Part shown: piece by piece, positions 58,188-64,000 of the stretch
Position numbering within the stretch: position 1 is the stretch's first letter
How the letters are laid out: the number at the start of each line of letters is the position of its first letter
NCBI GenBank assembly: GCA_027023425.1
Contig: JALVVL010000036.1
Location: forward strand, 21,027-85,026
Direction of reading: 5' to 3'
Length of the DNA: 64,000 nt
From: Anaerolineales bacterium
GTDB lineage: Bacteria > Chloroflexota > Anaerolineae > Anaerolineales > DRMV01
Program-made: the position numbers and the translations under genes
Notes under the pieces: model-generated
The model's database searches: none
Told to the model about the DNA's origin: nothing
What the model saw: only the letters and a program-made list of their open reading frames with translations

Positions 58188-59600
58188 CTACGCTTCTACT
58201 GCGCTTTTAGCGGGGCCTGAATCGCCGTAAATTTCAAAGCGGACGCTCGGCCTGCCTTCCGAAAAATGCACGTGCACAACCCCGAAGTTGGGCTCGGAGT
58301 AGCGGAAATGGACGCGATAATCGGTAATCGGGTGAACGCGCACGCTTTTTGCAAGCGCCATCAAAAGTTTGCTGGGCTTCTGTTCAAACGGCGAGGAGCA
58401 AAATTCCCACACCTTTACCGGCGTTTTGCCCGCCGTCTGCAGGGTAACTTCAATTGCGTGGGCGCTGTGCAGGTCGCCGGTGAGCAGGTACAGGTTTTGC
58501 ACTTCGTTTGCCGCCAGCAGGTGGAGCAGGCGGCGGCGTTCGTCCGGGTAGCCATTCCAGCGGTCGCGGGTGAAATCGCCCCACAGGTCGGATAGCACCG
58601 TGATAGAGGACACGATGAATTTGACCGGATACCGGTCTTTGACTTGCAGCAGCCAGTCTTCTAATGCTTTCCACTGGGCGCGGTTGAGCAGGCGGTGTTT
58701 GTAAACGCGTTGGGTGCGGGTATCCAAGACGAAGAACGCGGCTCCACCCCATTCAAAAGTGTAAGCAAAGTGGCTGTGGTCGCCGGGGAGGATTAGTGGG
58801 CGGTCAAATTCCACCCCATCCGGCGGGAGGAGCAGCGGCGGGGCGTGCATGGCTTGGTGTTCCCAGTAAACCTGCAGGGCAGCCTGAATGCGGCGGTGGC
58901 TTAGGCGGCGCGCTTCGGCCGGGAAGCCTTTGAATTTCCGCACCAGCGCGTCCCACCACGGAATGCGGCCTTCGTAGCGATCTGCCGAAGTCCAAGCCCA
59001 GTCGTCGTCAACTTCGTGGTCGTCCAAAATCATGTAGGCTGGCAGGCGGCGCATGAGTTCCCGCCAAGCCGGATGCCCCCAAGTGTGGAGGTAGACGGCG
59101 CGGTAGTCTTCTTCTGTAAGGGCGATCTTGCCCAAGCCGTTGCCCCACCACAAATCAGCGTAGATTTGGTCGCCGAGCATCAGCAAAAAGCGCAAATCGT
59201 GCTGCGGAAGCAGTTGGGCAAGGTGCCGCAAAGTAGCGCCGTCGTTGACTGCTCCGGGCAAAAAGCACGAGCCGAAGGCAAAACTGAAGTCGGTGGGCTG
59301 TTGCGGCGGGGGCGCGGTGGTGAACGAGGGGAAAGGGGCGTTTTCCGGCTTAGGCGGGGTTTCGTTCAAGGTGAGGGCGTAGTGGTAAGTGGTGTTGGGT
59401 TTGAGGCCGGTTATTTGCACCTTGCCGGAAAAGCCCGCGGCCTCCACCAGCAGGGATGAGCCGACCATGCGCGCGTCGCTCAGGTCGGGAGCGCGCCCTA
59501 ACCATGCGGAAAGGAGGGCGCGCTCGTCGGCGCGCCCCCAAAGGTTCACCGTTGTGTGGCTAAGTCCGCCTATTACTGGGCCAAGCACAAGGTTGGGCAT
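58188..59600 (-). CDS. PhoD-like phosphatase
   Basis: N-terminal GPVIGGLSHTTVNLWGRA (PhoD N-domain-like). Metallophosphatase motifs LMLGDQIYAD, DDHEVDDDW and LTGDLHSAH. Confidence 0.8.
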   Translation of the reverse strand: MPNLVLGPVIGGLSHTTVNLWGRADERALLSAWLGRAPDLSDARMVGSSLLVEAAGFSGKVQITGLKPNTTYHYALTLNETPPKPENAPFPSFTTAPPPQQPTDFSFAFGSCFLPGAVNDGATLRHLAQLLPQHDLRFLLMLGDQIYADLWWGNGLGKIALTEEDYRAVYLHTWGHPAWRELMRRLPAYMILDDHEVDDDWAWTSADRYEGRIPWWDALVRKFKGFPAEARRLSHRRIQAALQVYWEHQAMHAPPLLLPPDGVEFDRPLILPGDHSHFAYTFEWGGAAFFVLDTRTQRVYKHRLLNRAQWKALEDWLLQVKDRYPVKFIVSSITVLSDLWGDFTRDRWNGYPDERRRLLHLLAANEVQNLYLLTGDLHSAHAIEVTLQTAGKTPVKVWEFCSSPFEQKPSKLLMALAKSVRVHPITDYRVHFRYSEPNFGVVHVHFSEGRPSVRFEIYGDSGPAKSAVEA

Positions 59601-59634
59601 GGGAATTGTCCGCTGTTTTCGGTGTTTGGAGGCT

Positions 59635-60573
59635 CTACACCACTTTCCAGCGCAGAGGTTTGCCGTTTAGGGCGGCGAGCACCTCGGTTGCTATGTCAAT
59701 AGCCACTCGCCTTTGGGCTTCGGCAGTTTGTGCGCCGATGTGCGGCGTGGCGAGCACGTTTGGGTGGGTCACCAAGGGGGTGGCGCCGGGCGGTTCTTTG
59801 GCGAACACGTCCAACCCCGCGCCAGCGACTTGTCCGCTTTCCAGCGCCTCAAGCAGGGCGTCTTCGTCAATGACGCCGCCGCGCGCTGCGCAGAGCACTA
59901 TCACCCCGCGCTTCATTTTGCCAAAGGCCTCTTTGCTTATCATGCCACGGGTTTGCGGCGTGAGCGGCACGTGCAAGGTGATCACATCGGCTACGGCGTA
60001 GAGTTCGTCCAAAGTTTGGAGGGGTTTTGCGCCGCGGCGCTCAATTTCTTCTGCGGGAATGAGCGGGTCGTAGCCGACAATTTCCATCCCAAGTGCTTTA
60101 GCAAGTTGCCCAACGCGGCTGCCTATCCTGCCTATGCCGATAATGCCTAAGGTTTTGCCGTGCAGTTCGGTGCCGAGCAGTTTTTTCTTTATCCATTCGC
60201 CGCGTTTCATCGCCGCGTCGGCTTTGGTGAGCGAGCGGGCGAGGGCAAACATCATGCCGATCACCAACTCGGCGACTGCCTGCGTGGCCGCTTGGGGGGC
60301 ATTGACAACGGTGATGCCGCGCTCGCGGGCGGCTTCCAGATCTATGTTGTCCACTCCCACGCCGGCGCGGCCGATAACTTTCAGATTTTTTGCCGCTTCC
60401 AGCACCTTGGCTGTGATTTTGGTGCGGCTGCGGACTATCACCGCATCGTATTCGCCGATGATTTCAAGCAGTTCATCGGCTGAAATGCCGTTGCGGTCGT
60501 CAACTTGCGCCTGTTCGGCCAAAATGGCCTTGCCTTCGTCTTTCAGCCCGTCGGTGAGTAGGATTTTCCACAT
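59635..60573 (-). CDS. D-isomer-specific 2-hydroxyacid dehydrogenase (3-phosphoglycerate dehydrogenase-like, no ACT domain)
   Basis: GIIGIGRIGSRV NAD-binding motif and ATPHIGAQT catalytic-His region. At 312 aa it is too short to carry an ACT domain. Confidence 0.85.
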   Translation of the reverse strand: MWKILLTDGLKDEGKAILAEQAQVDDRNGISADELLEIIGEYDAVIVRSRTKITAKVLEAAKNLKVIGRAGVGVDNIDLEAARERGITVVNAPQAATQAVAELVIGMMFALARSLTKADAAMKRGEWIKKKLLGTELHGKTLGIIGIGRIGSRVGQLAKALGMEIVGYDPLIPAEEIERRGAKPLQTLDELYAVADVITLHVPLTPQTRGMISKEAFGKMKRGVIVLCAARGGVIDEDALLEALESGQVAGAGLDVFAKEPPGATPLVTHPNVLATPHIGAQTAEAQRRVAIDIATEVLAALNGKPLRWKVV

Positions 60574-60685
60574 GGCGTTACTCCTTTGGGTTGGATGGTC
60601 TTTGTGGGCTCAATGGGGGGCTTTTTCGGGTAGAATAAATGTGTTTTTATTGTACCCCACTTCTGACTGACGCGAGGAGAAAGCC

Positions 60686-61522
60686 ATGAGCAATCGTTTT
60701 GCCGGTCAAACCATGGTGATAACCGGCGCTTCAAGCGGCATAGGCCTTGCGGCCGCGCGTCTGGCCGCGGCAGAAGGCGCCCGGATAGCCCTCATCGCCC
60801 GCCGCCGCGAAAAACTGGAAGAGGCATTGACCTCCCTGCCCGGCGAAGGGCATCGCATTTACCCTTGCGATGTTTCTAAATGGGAAGAGGTGCAGGCAAC
60901 CGCAGCGCAAATCCTCAACGATTTTGGCACTCCGCAGTGGGTGATAAACTCGGCGGGCATAACCCGCCCGGGATATTTTTGGGAATTGCCGCTTGAGGTG
61001 TTTTACCAAATAATGGAAATTGACTACTACGGCATTGTGCATATGTGCAAGGCTTTTGTGCCGCCCATGATGGAAGCCCGCAACGGTCACATTATCAACA
61101 TTTCCTCAGTGGCTGGCTTTATCGGTGTGTTTGGCTATACGGCATACAGCCCCGCTAAGTTTGCCGTGTGGGGCTTTACCGACAGCCTCAGAGCGGAACT
61201 AAAGCACTTTGGGGTGCAAACGCACATTGTCTTCCCGCCCGATACCGACACTCCTCAATTGCACGGCGAAATGCCGTATAAACCTCCTGAAACGAAAGTG
61301 TTGTCGGAGACTGCAGGTTTGCTCACCGCCGAGCAGGTGGCGCGCACCATGCTTAATGCCGCCGCGCGCGGCAAGTATGTCATCCTGCCGGGCAGGGAGA
61401 CCAAGTTTTTGTGGAAACTGGCAAGTGTTTCTGGCGCGTGGCGCTATTTCATTGTGGATTATTTGCTTGCGAATGCCCGCCGCAAACTCCGCAAACGCGG
61501 CATCAAACCCGCCGGGGAGTAG
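60686..61522 (+). CDS. SDR family oxidoreductase
   Basis: TGASSGIGLA cofactor motif, NISS, and YSPAKFAV (YxxxK). Confidence 0.85.
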   Translation: MSNRFAGQTMVITGASSGIGLAAARLAAAEGARIALIARRREKLEEALTSLPGEGHRIYPCDVSKWEEVQATAAQILNDFGTPQWVINSAGITRPGYFWELPLEVFYQIMEIDYYGIVHMCKAFVPPMMEARNGHIINISSVAGFIGVFGYTAYSPAKFAVWGFTDSLRAELKHFGVQTHIVFPPDTDTPQLHGEMPYKPPETKVLSETAGLLTAEQVARTMLNAAARGKYVILPGRETKFLWKLASVSGAWRYFIVDYLLANARRKLRKRGIKPAGE

Positions 61523-61530
61523 CCGTTTTT

Positions 61531-62898
61531 ATGCCAAATAGGCTGTTCAGCGCGGTGTTCGGCATAGCCATTGCCGTTGTGGCGTTGGCTGGCTGCTCGG
61601 CGGCCGTTGGCGGGCCAACTGCAACGCCGACCGCGGCAGAAACGCCCTTCGCGCCCACTCCCACTTTTTCCCCCTCTCCAACGCCCAAAATTTCTGCTTC
61701 CCCCACCCCTACCGAGGGCAAACCCGCACATTCCGACGAGCGAGGTGTTTGGGAGAATGTGGCCGCCCAAATTGACGAAATAGCAGGCCTAAAAAAGCCT
61801 GTTGCGGTGAAAGTGCGGCCGGTTTCCCAAAAGGGGTTGCTTGAGCAGGCATTGGCGCTGGCGTTTCCACAAAAAGCCAAGGGGGAAGAGGAAGTGCTCA
61901 AGGCGTTTGGCTTTTTGCCCCCGCAGGCGAATTTGCAAGAAATTAGGCGGCGGCTTGTGAGCGCATATCTGCCCTTGGCGTTGTACGACCCCGATGCAGA
62001 CGCTATTTTGCTTTCCGGGCGCTCAAGAGGGGGCGAGTCCACCTTGGCGCTTGCCTACGCGGAGGCATACGCCGATGCTGTGGCATCGCATTTGGCCGTG
62101 AAGGCGCCGGTTTGCAAGGATGACGACTGTGCGCTGGCCGCCGAGGCCGCCCGGGTCGGTTATGCCTCTTACATTGCCGAGCGATGGTTTTCGGAATACG
62201 CCGCGGCCGAGCGCTATGCTCGGGCCGCGCAGGTTTCTTCTACCCCTCAGCCGAGCCCGGATGTCCCGTTTGCCCTCGCAAGGGATTGGGATTTTCCGCA
62301 GGAATATGGGTTTACCTTTATGCTCGGGCTTTCGCGCCGCGGCCCCAAGGCGCTAACTGATGCCCTGAAAAGCCCGCCCGTGAGCAGTGAGCAAGTGATG
62401 CACCCCGCGCGCTACCCCTCGGATGAGCCCATTCCCGTCGCTTTGCCATCTGCTCAGGCCCTCGCCTCGGCTTTGGGGAAAGGGTGGCAAGAGGTGGGGC
62501 GCGGCGTTTTGGGCGAATGGCACACTTATTTGTTGCTCACGGCCGCACTGCCCGAAGAATCCCGCCTTTTGCCGCACACAGCCTCTGCAGCGGCTGAGGG
62601 TTGGGGCGGCGATGCCTATTCGGTACTCAGCAATGGGCGCACACACGCTTTGTTGGTGGATTGGCGCTGGGATTCAAACGCCGATACCAACGAATTTGTG
62701 CGGGCGTTTGTGCGCTTTGCCCGCGGCCGCTATGGGCCTTTGCGCGGGCGCGCCTGCTGTGCCCTCTTTTGGGAGGGCAATGGCTGTGCCGGTGTGCTCC
62801 GCTACAGCGGTAAGGAAAGGCGCGCCGTTTGGGCAGAAGCCCCCACCCGAGAACAGGCCGAATCTCTGCTGAAATTGGCCGACGCCCCGCATCCGTAA
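61531..62898 (+). CDS. hypothetical lipoprotein
   Basis: ATG at 61531. Signal/lipobox AVVALAGCSA. Thr/Pro-rich linker. No recognised motif. The ORF-track start at 61411 overlaps the SDR gene. Confidence 0.6.
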   Translation: MPNRLFSAVFGIAIAVVALAGCSAAVGGPTATPTAAETPFAPTPTFSPSPTPKISASPTPTEGKPAHSDERGVWENVAAQIDEIAGLKKPVAVKVRPVSQKGLLEQALALAFPQKAKGEEEVLKAFGFLPPQANLQEIRRRLVSAYLPLALYDPDADAILLSGRSRGGESTLALAYAEAYADAVASHLAVKAPVCKDDDCALAAEAARVGYASYIAERWFSEYAAAERYARAAQVSSTPQPSPDVPFALARDWDFPQEYGFTFMLGLSRRGPKALTDALKSPPVSSEQVMHPARYPSDEPIPVALPSAQALASALGKGWQEVGRGVLGEWHTYLLLTAALPEESRLLPHTASAAAEGWGGDAYSVLSNGRTHALLVDWRWDSNADTNEFVRAFVRFARGRYGPLRGRACCALFWEGNGCAGVLRYSGKERRAVWAEAPTREQAESLLKLADAPHP

Positions 62899-62908
62899 GA
62901 GGTAAAAA

Positions 62909-63592
62909 ATGCCCCTCCATGCGCCGATACGCGCCATTTGCTTTGACATAGATGGCACCCTCAGCGACAGCGACGATTTGGCGGTGCAACGGCTGGCGAG
63001 GTTGCTCAGGCCTTTGCGCTTGTTTGGGGTGCAAAACCCCAACAGGTTGGCGCGCAAAGTGGTGATGGCAGCCGAGACGCCGCTCAACTTCCTTTACACC
63101 GCCGCCGACCGCCACGGCATAGACGATGAAATTATCCACATAGCCAATTTTTTGGGGAAATTGATGCCTTCGCGGCCAAAAGTCTATCGTGTGGTGCCGG
63201 GGGTGGAAAAAGCCCTGAAGGCACTTTCATCGCGCTACCGGCTTGGGGTGGTGAGCGCTCGTCCTCGGGATTACACGGTTCAGTTTCTAACCCAAACGGG
63301 CTTGCTGGGCTATTTTGGCGATTGTATCGCCACCGCCGAGACCTGCGAGCGCACGAAGCCCAGCCCAGAGCCGCTTTTGTGGGCGGCTAAATGTTTGGGC
63401 GTTGCTCCCGAGGAATGCGTGATGGTGGGGGATACCACCGTGGATGTGCTGGCAGGCAAAGCGGCCGGCGCTCAAACGGTGGCCGTGCTGTGCGGTTTTG
63501 GTGAAAAGGAAGAATTGCAGGCAGCCGGTGCCGACCTGATTTTGCATTCCACGGCAGATTTGCCCAATTTTTTGCCGGAAGAGGACGGGTGA
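62909..63592 (+). CDS. HAD-superfamily hydrolase (phosphoglycolate-phosphatase-like)
   Basis: CFDIDGTLSDS (DxDGT), VVSARPR and MVGDTTVDVLAG. Confidence 0.8.
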   Translation: MPLHAPIRAICFDIDGTLSDSDDLAVQRLARLLRPLRLFGVQNPNRLARKVVMAAETPLNFLYTAADRHGIDDEIIHIANFLGKLMPSRPKVYRVVPGVEKALKALSSRYRLGVVSARPRDYTVQFLTQTGLLGYFGDCIATAETCERTKPSPEPLLWAAKCLGVAPEECVMVGDTTVDVLAGKAAGAQTVAVLCGFGEKEELQAAGADLILHSTADLPNFLPEEDG

Positions 63593-63655
63593 GAAGGACA
63601 ATATCGGTTGTGCCTGCATCGTCATCCTTCTCCGAACTAACTTTGCCCAATCCCC

Positions 63656-63664
63656 TGCTATAAT
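63656..63664 (+). promoter_or_regulatory. extended -10-like element upstream of the epimerase gene
   Basis: TGcTATAAT, 62 nt upstream of the ATG at 63726. Confidence 0.3.
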
Positions 63665-63725
63665 AAACACAGCGAGCGTGTTTCGGCAGGCTAAACAGCG
63701 CTTGCTCTGAAATTGTGGAGGCACT

Positions 63726-64000
63726 ATGAACTTTCTCATAACCGGCGCTGCCGGTTTTTTAGGCTCTGCGCTGGCGAATTATCTGGTCGGCGAAGGGCAT
63801 CAAGTGCGCGGCTTAGACGACCTTTCGGCAGGCAACCGCGAAGCCCTTTCACCTGAGGTGATTTTCACCCGTGGCGATGTCAACGACCGCCCCAAACTTT
63901 GGACGCTTTTGCAGGATGTGGACTGCGTTTATCACCTTGCGGCAAGGGTTTCGGTGCCGGAATCGGTGCTTTACCCGCGCGAATACAACGCCGTGAACGT
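63726..64000 (+). CDS. NAD-dependent epimerase/dehydratase, 3' end cut by window edge
   Basis: ATG at 63726 preceded by GGAGG. MNFLITGAAGFLGSALANYL Rossmann motif. The frame is open to the window end and is absent from the ORF track because no stop is reached. Confidence 0.8.
   Translation, partial: MNFLITGAAGFLGSALANYLVGEGHQVRGLDDLSAGNREALSPEVIFTRGDVNDRPKLWTLLQDVDCVYHLAARVSVPESVLYPREYNAVN

Overview
High-GC bacterial chromosomal segment, about 54 coding regions, mostly housekeeping genes. Recognised genes: polA, pgk, dnaX-ybaB-recR, parA/parB, proS, ruvB, rex, plsY, panB, panE, dcd. Also an OmpR/His-kinase pair, peptidases, phosphatases, MFS transporters and a small glycan cluster. A bacterial Elp3, an archaeal-type ProRS and the repeat families suggest a Chloroflexota-like organism, but this is inference only. 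I saw no rRNA, tRNA, CRISPR/cas, integrase or intact transposase. I did not find a clear novel multi-gene system. The strongest leads are these. (1) Every intergenic gap longer than about 200 nt holds members of a few structured repeat families. One is a ~150-bp MITE-like element with 15-nt terminal inverted repeats and 5-bp target-site duplications. Another is a ~260-bp element nested inside a palindromic element with a 13-bp duplication. There are also tandem arrays of ~104-bp and ~153-bp hairpin units. (2) One gene (1203-2048) fuses a Roadblock/LC7-like domain to an IS200/TnpA-like domain whose HUH and Tyr catalytic positions appear lost. (3) A low-GC Type II restriction-modification pair (alpha-order MTase plus TdeIII-like nuclease) sits inside the conserved dnaX-ybaB-recR operon. 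(4) An MNT-HEPN toxin-antitoxin pair plus a REP-like element sits between parA and parB. All calls come from reading the sequence and the ORF track. Repeat boundaries are good to a few nt. Functional names are motif-based recognition, not searches.
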